A stretch of DNA of 51,186 nucleotides. It comes from a virus. A program made the translations under genes and the position numbers. Under the pieces are notes generated by a model, which was not told the origin of the DNA, made no database searches, and saw nothing but the letters and a program-made list of their open reading frames with translations. The stretch lies in the UHGV virus genome UHGV-0191814. One strand, 5' to 3'. Of this stretch, positions 16,332 to 25,040 are shown one piece after another. How positions within the stretch are numbered: the stretch's first letter is position 1; each line of letters starts with the position of its first letter.

Positions 16332-17027
16332 ATGGAAAAAGAAGTCGAAAACAAAATTGTCCCAACCGTTCCCGCCGATAACGCGCTCGGCCCTATCGCA
16401 CAAAGCCCCGAAGAATATCTCAGCGAAGTATTCGCAGACGCTGACGGGCTGCAACTCGAATTTATGAAAATCAATACCCCGACAGCCGGCGGTACGATTT
16501 TCGAAATCGAAGACCCCACTACCGGGACCACCGCTCCGATGAAAACGCTCGATTGTGTTATCTTGAAGAGCTTCCCGTCGAACGTTATGTATCTTGACGA
16601 TTACGACGGAAACGCTGTTCCGCCCGATTGTTCGTCGAATGACGGCGTCATAGGCGTCGACAAAGATGGCAACGAACACGAGTGTGCTAAATGCTCGTAC
16701 AATCAGTACGGCAGCGGCAAGAACGGAGGCAAAGCTTGCAAAAACCGTCGTCTGCTCTACGTGTTGCTTGACGGCGAACAAATTCCCCGAGTCATCAACT
16801 TACCTTCAACGAGCTTATCCAACCTCGCGAAGTTCCAGACACAAGTTCTTATGGCAAGGAAACGTTTGCGCGATTACCGCGTGCTCATTTCGCTGACCAA
16901 AGTAACGAGCAAAACGAACATTCCGTATTCGAACTACGTCTTTGCAACTGCGGGTGTCTTGGAAAACCCTGAAGACATCGCTCGCGTCAATGACGCAATG
17001 GCTTTACTTGCGGCGCTCGGTAAATGA
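16332..17027 (+). CDS. hypothetical protein (231 aa) with a central C..C...C..C zinc ribbon
   Basis: CSSNDG...HECAKCSYNQYGSGKNGGKACKN. GGAG RBS. Confidence 0.5.
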   Translation: MEKEVENKIVPTVPADNALGPIAQSPEEYLSEVFADADGLQLEFMKINTPTAGGTIFEIEDPTTGTTAPMKTLDCVILKSFPSNVMYLDDYDGNAVPPDCSSNDGVIGVDKDGNEHECAKCSYNQYGSGKNGGKACKNRRLLYVLLDGEQIPRVINLPSTSLSNLAKFQTQVLMARKRLRDYRVLISLTKVTSKTNIPYSNYVFATAGVLENPEDIARVNDAMALLAALGK

Positions 17028-17476
17028 TTACCGACGAGCAAATGTCGTCGATGGTCCAACGTGGGGTACGAGATATGGAGTATACTTTTTCTCGTGCCCA
17101 TTACCGCGTTGACATTGAGAGTCTTGCGTGGGACGCAATATTCGACCTGATTCAAAAAGAAGAAACGTTCCAAACGTATTCTTTGTTTCGCTTGATATTG
17201 TATCGTAAAATCTTACGAGAACTCACAAAACATCGCAACATATTCGTTGCCGATATTCCTGACTCACAGAACAGTTGTTCTGATTTCACTGACGAGATTT
17301 GCATTACAGACCTTGACGTGTCTACCCTTACCGATGACGAAAAGCTTTTCGTTGAATGGCTTGTTTGCGACTCACTTACTAAGACGGACATCGCTGAACT
17401 TACCGGAATGTCACCGTCCACTGTTCACAGAACATACCGTCGCATAATCACTAAGCTAAAGGAGAGAAACGTATGA
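17024..17476 (+). CDS. sigma-factor-like protein (150 aa) with a region-4 HTH
   Basis: C-terminal LTKTDIAELTGMSPSTVHRTYRRIITKLKE is a typical sigma region 4.2. Confidence 0.55.
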   Translation: MITDEQMSSMVQRGVRDMEYTFSRAHYRVDIESLAWDAIFDLIQKEETFQTYSLFRLILYRKILRELTKHRNIFVADIPDSQNSCSDFTDEICITDLDVSTLTDDEKLFVEWLVCDSLTKTDIAELTGMSPSTVHRTYRRIITKLKERNV

Positions 17477-17856
17477 ACGAATTAACAAAAGGACACCCGA
17501 CCGACGCTGGAATAGATATCGCTCTTGAAAAAGACGTACACATTCCCGCTCACTCGGGCGTGACAATAGAGCTTTCAGTTGCGAATTTAGATTTACCCGC
17601 GTTCACTGCCGGCTTTATCTTCATTCGCAGCAAATGGGCTCATCTACCAATCTTGATACAGAACCCGCCGATCGACGCGCATTACACCGGGCCGCTTCAC
17701 GTCTGGGTCCACAACTTCTCAGACGCGGATATCGTGCTCTTCGGTGGCATAGCGTACTTCCAGTTGGTTGTGTTCAAGATTATTCACCCCGCACTGCCTG
17801 ACGTTGAGATAAAAGATTATCGCCCGCGTGCAGCCGAGCGGGACACAACGAGGTAA
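17473..17856 (+). CDS. dUTPase-family nucleotidohydrolase (127 aa, lacks C-terminal motif V)
   Basis: Motif 1 DAGIDIAL, motif 2 IRSKWA, motif 3 PIDAHYTGP, motif 4 YFQLVV. No glycine-rich motif 5. Confidence 0.65.
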   Translation: MNELTKGHPTDAGIDIALEKDVHIPAHSGVTIELSVANLDLPAFTAGFIFIRSKWAHLPILIQNPPIDAHYTGPLHVWVHNFSDADIVLFGGIAYFQLVVFKIIHPALPDVEIKDYRPRAAERDTTR

Positions 17857-17861
17857 ACTAT

Positions 17862-18761
17862 ATGAACGCGTATGAACGCATAAACCAATACTCTACCGCA
17901 ACGGAGTTATGGGAAAACTTGTACTGTCGGTTATCGAGTCCATATATGCCGAAGTACCCTTGCCGTAAGAATATGGGCGGTGACGAAACGACGTTTCTTG
18001 TCGGTCATCATTCCGTTCTGACTGATACGAGATACCCGCTTGTATTGTCGGAAACAAGAGCAATGTCGCTCCGTTACCTTGTCGCCGAGCTTCGTTGGTA
18101 TATCAAAGGCGAGGACACGTGGGAATCGTTCGAAACGAATGCCGGCAAGAACATCTGGAAATCGTTATCAGATGACGGCGTCCACGTTAACAGCAACTAC
18201 GGTCACAAGGTACAATACGCTTACGGTTTCAACCAACTGGAATATTGTATCAACCTGCTCAAAAAGGATATGTACACTCGGCAAGCAGTGATTCATATCA
18301 AGGCGCCGTTGAAGCCTGAGACTCCGTCCAAAGATACGTGCTGCACTGTTGTGTTGCAATTCGCGTACAACTATTTGACCGAAGGTCTTGACGCGATAGT
18401 CTATATGCGCAGTTCCGATATATGGAAAGGCATTGTATATGACTTGCCGTTCTTCACGTTGTTGTTGCAAGTCTGTGCTGCGAACGCTGGGCTCAACTAC
18501 GGCGAACTTCATTTCATTGCCGGCAACGTACACTTGTACACGGCCGACGTGAAAGAGTTTATCGAGTCCCCGCTAAGTACACGAATCTCTTGCCGCGAAG
18601 ACCGCTTCTATCCGGTCAAAGCTCTCGACCCGATCGACTGGAACCAGATGATACCGATTCTGACGACGGGTACTCTGAACGACTCTATCGAGCGGCTTTG
18701 CGAAGCAAACAACCAATTCAAGCTCTTGAAGACAATGTCGGAGGTAAAGAATGCCAAATAA
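17862..18761 (+). CDS. thymidylate-synthase-family enzyme with Asp at the Asn177-equivalent position; predicted dCMP hydroxymethylase or methylase rather than canonical ThyA
   Basis: ThyA-like blocks YPLVLSETRAMSLRYLVAELRWYIKGEDT, GHKVQYAYGFNQ, CCTVVLQFAY and MRSSDIWKGIVYDLPFFTLLL. An ungapped alignment with E. coli RSCDVFLGLPFNIASYALL puts Asp (codon 18441-18443) opposite Asn177. Confidence 0.6.
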   Translation: MNAYERINQYSTATELWENLYCRLSSPYMPKYPCRKNMGGDETTFLVGHHSVLTDTRYPLVLSETRAMSLRYLVAELRWYIKGEDTWESFETNAGKNIWKSLSDDGVHVNSNYGHKVQYAYGFNQLEYCINLLKKDMYTRQAVIHIKAPLKPETPSKDTCCTVVLQFAYNYLTEGLDAIVYMRSSDIWKGIVYDLPFFTLLLQVCAANAGLNYGELHFIAGNVHLYTADVKEFIESPLSTRISCREDRFYPVKALDPIDWNQMIPILTTGTLNDSIERLCEANNQFKLLKTMSEVKNAK

Positions 18762-19248
18762 TATCTGGCTCGATGGAGCTAACGGAACAGGCAAAACAAC
18801 TCTTGCAACCGAGCTCACCCATTATGGTTTTGAGTACCATCATAACGGTAGACCCATAATCAAGCGCGGCTGGTACATTGTCTTGAAGTACGTCATTTTC
18901 GAACTCACTCATAAGAACGCGGTTGTTGACCGTTGTTTCGTGTCTGAATGGGTCCACGGAAATTACGAACGTAAACGCTCTTCGTTGAGTATCAAGCAAT
19001 GTATCTTTCTCGAAAAATTCATATCCCGATTCGGCTCTGGGTTGACGATATTCGTCCCTGAGGACGTTGAATCGACGGCCGACCGTATTGCAAAGCGTGA
19101 AGAGGAACACCCTCTCTCGCCTGATAAGGATATGCTCAGTGAAATCATTACAGTATACGAAGCGTATAGCGTTTGTAGCGGACACCCGTTGTGCCGCGTG
19201 AAATATGCATCGGACGTTCTCAAAGTCCACATCGCAGAAAACTTATAA
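18751..19248 (+). CDS. deoxynucleoside monophosphate kinase (thymidylate-kinase-like, 165 aa)
   Basis: P-loop GANGTGKTT and DRCFVSEWVHG (DRY-like). Overlaps the TS-family gene end. Confidence 0.65.
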   Translation: MPNNIWLDGANGTGKTTLATELTHYGFEYHHNGRPIIKRGWYIVLKYVIFELTHKNAVVDRCFVSEWVHGNYERKRSSLSIKQCIFLEKFISRFGSGLTIFVPEDVESTADRIAKREEEHPLSPDKDMLSEIITVYEAYSVCSGHPLCRVKYASDVLKVHIAENL

Positions 19249-19257
19249 GGAGACAGT

Positions 19258-19695
19258 ATGATAATCATTTTCGATGCCCCAACATACGAGCTGACAAGCT
19301 CGAAGTACGATGGCATTTTCAAAGATATTCCGATGTCGTTCACGACCGAGGAAAGACTTGTAGACGGAACAGTTACCGTCGTTCCCGTACTCACAGAATC
19401 TCTGTTAAAGAAAATCAAAGAACTCGACCCGTCGGGTTATTGTATTTACGTCTTCGCGTGTTCTCGTAACAAGCGCAAGTTGAAACAATACGATAAGTGG
19501 TTTTTGAAATACGGCACAAGCGCGTCGTTGCTCAATGCTTCTAAAATGCCCGACAGTGAGGCAGCCGACGAAATCGCAGCGCACCTTTATATGGTTGTCA
19601 ACGCCTTATCGGCAGTGTTGAACTTGAAGGCTACCGAGGAGGACGACGACGATGTCAACAGCGGGTCCGGAGAAACAACTCGAGAATCTCATTAA
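19258..19695 (+). CDS. hypothetical protein (145 aa) with an acidic C-terminus
   Basis: GGAG RBS (ttataaggagacagtATG). Confidence 0.5.
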   Translation: MIIIFDAPTYELTSSKYDGIFKDIPMSFTTEERLVDGTVTVVPVLTESLLKKIKELDPSGYCIYVFACSRNKRKLKQYDKWFLKYGTSASLLNASKMPDSEAADEIAAHLYMVVNALSAVLNLKATEEDDDDVNSGSGETTRESH

Positions 19696-19972
19696 AACTG
19701 AACTTATACGGCGCAGGGCGTGGTTTGTTAAGATAGCAGCATCGCCCGAAATGCCTCGTGGAATACCCGACATACTCGCGTGTTATCACGGACATTTCAT
19801 CGGCATCGAAGTCAAGCGCCCCGGCCGTAAGAACGGTTTATCGGAACATCAGAAAATACAACTGGCGAACATCACGAAAGCGGGTGGAATAGCGTTAGTT
19901 GTAAACGATTTTGATAAGTTTATTGTAGAACTGAATAGTTTGGAGAATAGCTTAAATGATACTAACAGATAA
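19652..19972 (+). CDS. VRR-NUC domain nuclease (106 aa)
   Basis: GIPDILACYHGHFIGIEVKRPG...LSEHQ pattern typical of VRR-NUC (PD-(D/E)xK). Adjacent to the SNF2 helicase as in many phages. Confidence 0.65.
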   Translation: MSTAGPEKQLENLIKTELIRRRAWFVKIAASPEMPRGIPDILACYHGHFIGIEVKRPGRKNGLSEHQKIQLANITKAGGIALVVNDFDKFIVELNSLENSLNDTNR

Positions 19973-21239
19973 TTCTGGACGTCAGTACGATTTATTCGAC
20001 TATCAAATCTCTGGCGTCGATTTACTTTTATCACACCCACGATACATTCTCTACTGGGACTGCGGCGTAGGCAAGACACTTGCTCTCATCGCGGCTCTCA
20101 ATCAATTGCCATACGGCAAAGTTCTCATTGCTTCCCCGAAGTCAGTGCGCTTCGATATGTGGGAAAAGCTCGGTATTCCTATCAATCACGACGTGACGTA
20201 TTTGCATTACGATATGTTCCCTCGTGTAACAAACCTCCCTACGTTCGATTATATCATCTTAGACGAGTGTCACAAAATCAAAGGTTGTAACACTCAGACT
20301 GCGCGCCTTGCTGCGAAGCTGTCTAAGAAAGCGAAGGTCGTGTGGGGAGCGTCGGCAACGATCGCTGCTAACTCGTACATCGACACATTCCGTATTCTGC
20401 GTAATATGGGGGTTGCTGAGTTCCAGTACCCTGACTCAGCGTTCATTGGGCGTTATTACAATACGTATTCGTTCCCAGTTGCAACGCGTTACGGTACTAA
20501 GAACATCAGCAAGCCGACGACGGTCAGGTTGCAATTTGCCGACGAGCTTAGTTCGACGTTCGCTCAATACTGTGACAGTATCAATCTTGACGACGTTCAC
20601 AAGTTACCAGAGCGTCACGAAGATGTGATTTATGTCGACGGTATGGCAACGCCTGAGTATTCCGCAATTGACGCTGGTATTATCGCCCTGAATGACGAGG
20701 ATATCTCTATTGTCGCGAAACTCGAAGCATGCGCTAAGGCGAGACAAGCTGCAGGCGGTTTCATTTATTATAACGATATTGATACCGGAAAACAACTCGT
20801 TAAGAACTTGTGCCCTGATAAGAACCCGAAAATCGAAGCAATGCGGAAATACGTTCGCGAGCACAACGATGAGAATATCATTATTGCTTATTCGTTTATT
20901 CACGAGAAAGAACTTCTCGAACGAATGCTTGCCGAAGAAAACAGAACTGTAACAGACGAAGTATCTATGCTGCCGTATGTAAATACGTTCTTACGGCAGA
21001 TAAGCCGCGGCGAAGGACTGAACCTTCAAACGTGGGCGCGGCGAATGGTTATGTATTCGTACGATTACAGCTACATTGAATGGACCCAAATGCAAGGACG
21101 TATCTATCGCGTTGGACAGACCAAGGAAACGTACTTCACGTCGTTGATTTCAAGAGGAACGATTGACGAGAAAGTGTACCACGCTGTCCAGACGAAACAA
21201 ACGATTGACGAGTACTTGCGCTCGGTGACACGTCATTAG
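19956..21239 (+). CDS. SNF2/DEAD-like superfamily-2 helicase (427 aa)
   Basis: Walker A WDCGVGKTL, DEAH-box ILDECHKIKG, C-terminal helicase motifs (QGRIYRVGQ). Confidence 0.75.
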   Translation: MILTDNSGRQYDLFDYQISGVDLLLSHPRYILYWDCGVGKTLALIAALNQLPYGKVLIASPKSVRFDMWEKLGIPINHDVTYLHYDMFPRVTNLPTFDYIILDECHKIKGCNTQTARLAAKLSKKAKVVWGASATIAANSYIDTFRILRNMGVAEFQYPDSAFIGRYYNTYSFPVATRYGTKNISKPTTVRLQFADELSSTFAQYCDSINLDDVHKLPERHEDVIYVDGMATPEYSAIDAGIIALNDEDISIVAKLEACAKARQAAGGFIYYNDIDTGKQLVKNLCPDKNPKIEAMRKYVREHNDENIIIAYSFIHEKELLERMLAEENRTVTDEVSMLPYVNTFLRQISRGEGLNLQTWARRMVMYSYDYSYIEWTQMQGRIYRVGQTKETYFTSLISRGTIDEKVYHAVQTKQTIDEYLRSVTRH

Positions 21240-21249
21240 GAGGTATAGA

Positions 21250-23220
21250 ATGACTGAATTTGAAAGATTCAATACTATATTTCCTAACTCGGTTTACCGT
21301 CTGATTAAGGCCGGAGACAAGACACCTGAGGGCATTCAGAAGTACCCATACAAAACGTTGTACGTTGGGCCAAGTCAACGTGTCGGCTGGATAGTGTCTG
21401 AAGGACATTGTGTTGTCGACTGTGACGATATGACCACTGCGAACGTGGTTAGAAAATATGTTAAGTTGAACGACATTCATTGTTGTTACTTCAAAACGTC
21501 TCGCGGAATGCACTTCATTTTTCGTTTGCCTGCAGAAGTGCGCGTCGCTCGGACGATTACTAACTCGTCGCACGTCGTTACGATGTCGTCCTTAGAAGTC
21601 GACTACCGCGTCGATGGGCGTGGATATATTGTCTTACCGCTCAATGACCCTGACCGTGAGTGGACTCATCTCGATGAACAAATCGATTACTTGCCGATTC
21701 CGTTATATCCTTTCGGCCAAGCAGGGTCAATCAATCTCGATGATGTCAACCTTATGGGTTTAAGTGAAGGCGACGGGCGGAACGACGCATTGTTCAGATG
21801 GATAAACCGCATCAAGAGCAAGACAAACGACGTGAACTCATTGTCCGCTATCGGGCAAATGATAAACGAGTGTCTGTTTGCGAAGCCACTGTCGAACGCT
21901 GAACTTAATTCGACGGTATTGCGTGAATCGAATCTCGCCGCGGCGAACACCGGTGCTAAACGTAAGACTCTTGCCGAGCAAGAAGTGGACGTTGCACGTC
22001 AAATGCTGCTTGATAAACAGTTTTACAGCGATGAGAAACGTTTGTACGTGTTCGATGGACGTTACTACAAGCCTATCGCAGACCGTTTTATTGAACGTGA
22101 AATCTCTGTCGAGTACGCTCCGCAGTTCCGTTCAACGAGCCGTGAAGAAGTGTACAAACATCTTCTGACCAAAGCGCCACTCGTCGAAGACGAAATGAAC
22201 GCCGCTTGGCACTTCATATCTTTCAACAACTGTGTACTCGATATCAAGACTGGGGAAACGTTCCCGCACTCACAACAGCTTTTTGTGTCGACTCACATAA
22301 ACCACAACTATATTGAAAACGCTCCGCCCACTGCGATTACGAATGCGTTCTTGGATATGTGCTCGAATAACGACGTTCAGAAACGAGCGATTATACTCGA
22401 AATGATCGGCGATTGCTTGCTTAAAAGAGCATTATTCCAAAAGATGTATCTTATCTACGGTGAAGGCGGAACGGGCAAATCGACGTTGTTGCGTATCATT
22501 ACGTCGCTCGTCGGTGAAGAGAACGCGGCATTCTTGTCGTTACAGGACCTTGAAAATACGTTCTATCCGTGGGAGCTTGTAGGTAAGCTCGTCAATATCG
22601 GTGACGATATCCCGTTTGGTAAAATCAACGATTCGTCTCTTATTAAGAAACTTGTATCAGGCGAACGTATGATGATACAACGTAAGTTCGGTCACCCGTC
22701 ATCGTTTTCGAACTACGCAACAATGATTTTCACTACGAACAAGCTGCCGAACACTGCAGACCGTACGTCGGGCTTTATGCGTCGTTTAGTGCTCATCGAT
22801 ATGAATACTAAGATACAAAAGCCGACGACCTTCTTCTGTGACAAACTGAGCGAAGCCGACTTCGAGTATTTGATTTACCTTGCAGCGTCGGCAATACGTG
22901 CCGCTCTTGAACGCGGAGAACTCACTCGCTCGTTTGTGGTTGACAACAACTTGCAAGCTTACCAGCGTATGCAATCGGCCTTGTCCGAATACATCGACGA
23001 CGAAAACATCACTCGTGACTCGATTATTGGCCGAGACGTTGGCTCTGTCTTCGCGGAATACGCGTTGTATTGTCAGCTTAACGGTATGCGTCCGATAGGA
23101 AAACATAGTTTCGTATCTGAGTTGTGTTCACTGCTCTTCATCACTAGCGCCAAATTACCCGACGACGCTGGGCAGAATATTGTACTGAGGTTTACTTATG
23201 TCGACAACAAAACTAATTAA
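21250..23220 (+). CDS. primase-polymerase (AEP prim-pol) fused to a D5-like SF3 helicase (656 aa)
   Basis: N-terminus GHCVVDCDD, SRGMHFIF, VDYRVDGRGYIVLP (prim-pol motifs). C-terminus Walker A GEGGTGKST and Walker B LVNIGDD. Confidence 0.75.
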   Translation: MTEFERFNTIFPNSVYRLIKAGDKTPEGIQKYPYKTLYVGPSQRVGWIVSEGHCVVDCDDMTTANVVRKYVKLNDIHCCYFKTSRGMHFIFRLPAEVRVARTITNSSHVVTMSSLEVDYRVDGRGYIVLPLNDPDREWTHLDEQIDYLPIPLYPFGQAGSINLDDVNLMGLSEGDGRNDALFRWINRIKSKTNDVNSLSAIGQMINECLFAKPLSNAELNSTVLRESNLAAANTGAKRKTLAEQEVDVARQMLLDKQFYSDEKRLYVFDGRYYKPIADRFIEREISVEYAPQFRSTSREEVYKHLLTKAPLVEDEMNAAWHFISFNNCVLDIKTGETFPHSQQLFVSTHINHNYIENAPPTAITNAFLDMCSNNDVQKRAIILEMIGDCLLKRALFQKMYLIYGEGGTGKSTLLRIITSLVGEENAAFLSLQDLENTFYPWELVGKLVNIGDDIPFGKINDSSLIKKLVSGERMMIQRKFGHPSSFSNYATMIFTTNKLPNTADRTSGFMRRLVLIDMNTKIQKPTTFFCDKLSEADFEYLIYLAASAIRAALERGELTRSFVVDNNLQAYQRMQSALSEYIDDENITRDSIIGRDVGSVFAEYALYCQLNGMRPIGKHSFVSELCSLLFITSAKLPDDAGQNIVLRFTYVDNKTN

Positions 23221-25000
23221 CATCATCTTTGACTTTGAAGTCTTTCCTAACTGGTGGTGCTGCTGCACTCGTCGTGTTGATACGCCTGATAAAATCAGCG
23301 TTATCACGTCCGACGACCCTGCAGCAGTGCGCACTCTGCGTCTCTTAATTGCAAATTGCCGTCTTATCGGCTTCAATATCCGTTCATACGACTTGTATAT
23401 CTTGTATGCAATCGTGAGTGGTTGTACTCCCTCAGAAGTGTACGAAGTGTCTGATAACATCATTCACGACGTCTCGACTCAATGGACGTCGCACTTCGGG
23501 CATTACCGTTGGAACTGGATTGACTTGTACAGCGACTGGAAATTCGGCTCATTGAAAATGTATGAAGCGAATCAAGGTATGTCGATCGTCGAGTCAAGCG
23601 TTCCGTTCGGTAAAGAAAATCTCAGTCCGCGTGACAAGATGGAAATCATCGAGTATTGCCACGCCGACACAAATGCAGCATTACAACTGTTCCACGACCG
23701 CGAGGGGTATTTCTCAATACACGAATATGTCTCGGAGCATTACAACATTCCGCTTCAGAAAGCGTATCAGCGCACAATGCAAGGACTCACCGCTGAAGCG
23801 ACCGGCGTACGGAAAACGCCGTGTACTGCCGCAGAGGACAAACGTACATCGATCTACGTTCTTGATTACATTAAGGAAATGCTTGACGGCGTTGACCCGT
23901 TCGCATTCCTGTTGCAAGACCAGAACGAAGTACGTACGTTCGTGTATGACGGCGATGTGTATAAACTCGGCGTCGGCGGCGTGCATAGCGACTTCGAGCA
24001 ACCGATTATCGTCAAGAGCAACGAGAACGGTCGAATCTTCTCGATTGATGTTACGCAGTATTATCCGAATATGCTTATGAACTTCGACCTTATGCCGCGT
24101 GGTATGGACGAAGCCGGCAAGAGAATATTCGGCGATATGATAAAAGCTGTCCGTGACTTAAAGGTCAAGGTCGGTGAGTACGAAGCCGCTGGCGATTTCG
24201 AGTCTGCCAAACAAGCGAAGTCACTGCGTGATAAGTACAAAGTCCTCATCAACGCTGTTTCTGGGGCAATGCGCAACAAGTACTCGAAATTCTACGACCC
24301 GTCGCGTATCATAACGATGTGCGCTGTCGGTGAGTTTCTCTTGATTGCCGTTGTCAATGACTTGAAAAAGCAATTCCCGGGTACTGAAGTACTTCAGACA
24401 AATACCGATGGCGCGTTCTTATACGTACCTAACTGGGAAGGCTTTGAGGAAGCGGTCGAGAAAATCAACAAACGCATCGGCTTCACGTTTGAAGTCGACG
24501 CTGGCAAAATGCTTGTCCAGAACAACGTTAATAACTACATCTTCGTTAAAGACAACGGACAAGCGAAGAGCAAAGGTTCGTGGGTATATCCGAAGCGTGA
24601 TAGGTTAAAACCCGCGTCGTACGCGATATCTCATATTGCGGCGTTCAAACTCTTGCTCGACGGTACGCCGATCGAAGAGACGGTCCGCAATTGTACCGAC
24701 ATAATGGACTTCGCGATGTGCGTCAAGAGCGGTACTTCGTTTGAACGGACGATATACAAGACCGACAAACAAGAACTCGAGGTCAACAACACAAATCGAT
24801 TTGTCGTATCACGCAGCGGCATCGGCACATTGTACAAAATTAAAGACGGCTCCGCGCACCGTTTCCCAGATTGCCCGGACAATATAATCTTGCTCAACGG
24901 CGATATCGCTGATTACACGCTTGAAAGCTTAGATATCGACTACGATTTCTATATCCGATACGCCCACGAGCTCATTCCGAACTTCATCTGTCTCCATTAA
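23198..25000 (+). CDS. family-B DNA polymerase (compact, 600 aa)
   Basis: Exo I IFDFEV, Exo III YCHAD, motif A DVTQYYPNM, motif B KVLINAVSGAM (Kx3NSxYG), motif C QTNTDGAF. Confidence 0.6.
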   Translation: MSTTKLINIIFDFEVFPNWWCCCTRRVDTPDKISVITSDDPAAVRTLRLLIANCRLIGFNIRSYDLYILYAIVSGCTPSEVYEVSDNIIHDVSTQWTSHFGHYRWNWIDLYSDWKFGSLKMYEANQGMSIVESSVPFGKENLSPRDKMEIIEYCHADTNAALQLFHDREGYFSIHEYVSEHYNIPLQKAYQRTMQGLTAEATGVRKTPCTAAEDKRTSIYVLDYIKEMLDGVDPFAFLLQDQNEVRTFVYDGDVYKLGVGGVHSDFEQPIIVKSNENGRIFSIDVTQYYPNMLMNFDLMPRGMDEAGKRIFGDMIKAVRDLKVKVGEYEAAGDFESAKQAKSLRDKYKVLINAVSGAMRNKYSKFYDPSRIITMCAVGEFLLIAVVNDLKKQFPGTEVLQTNTDGAFLYVPNWEGFEEAVEKINKRIGFTFEVDAGKMLVQNNVNNYIFVKDNGQAKSKGSWVYPKRDRLKPASYAISHIAAFKLLLDGTPIEETVRNCTDIMDFAMCVKSGTSFERTIYKTDKQELEVNNTNRFVVSRSGIGTLYKIKDGSAHRFPDCPDNIILLNGDIADYTLESLDIDYDFYIRYAHELIPNFICLH

Positions 25001-25008
25001 ATATAAAT

Positions 25009-25040
25009 ACCCCCGACGTAATGTCGAGGGTATTTTTTTA
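25009..25040. terminator. bidirectional rho-independent terminator between the convergent polymerase (+) and giant ORF (-)
   Basis: ACCCCCGAC-gtaat-GTCGAGGGT (8/9 bp stem), followed by ATTTTTTTA on plus and ATTTATATTT on minus. Confidence 0.65.
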
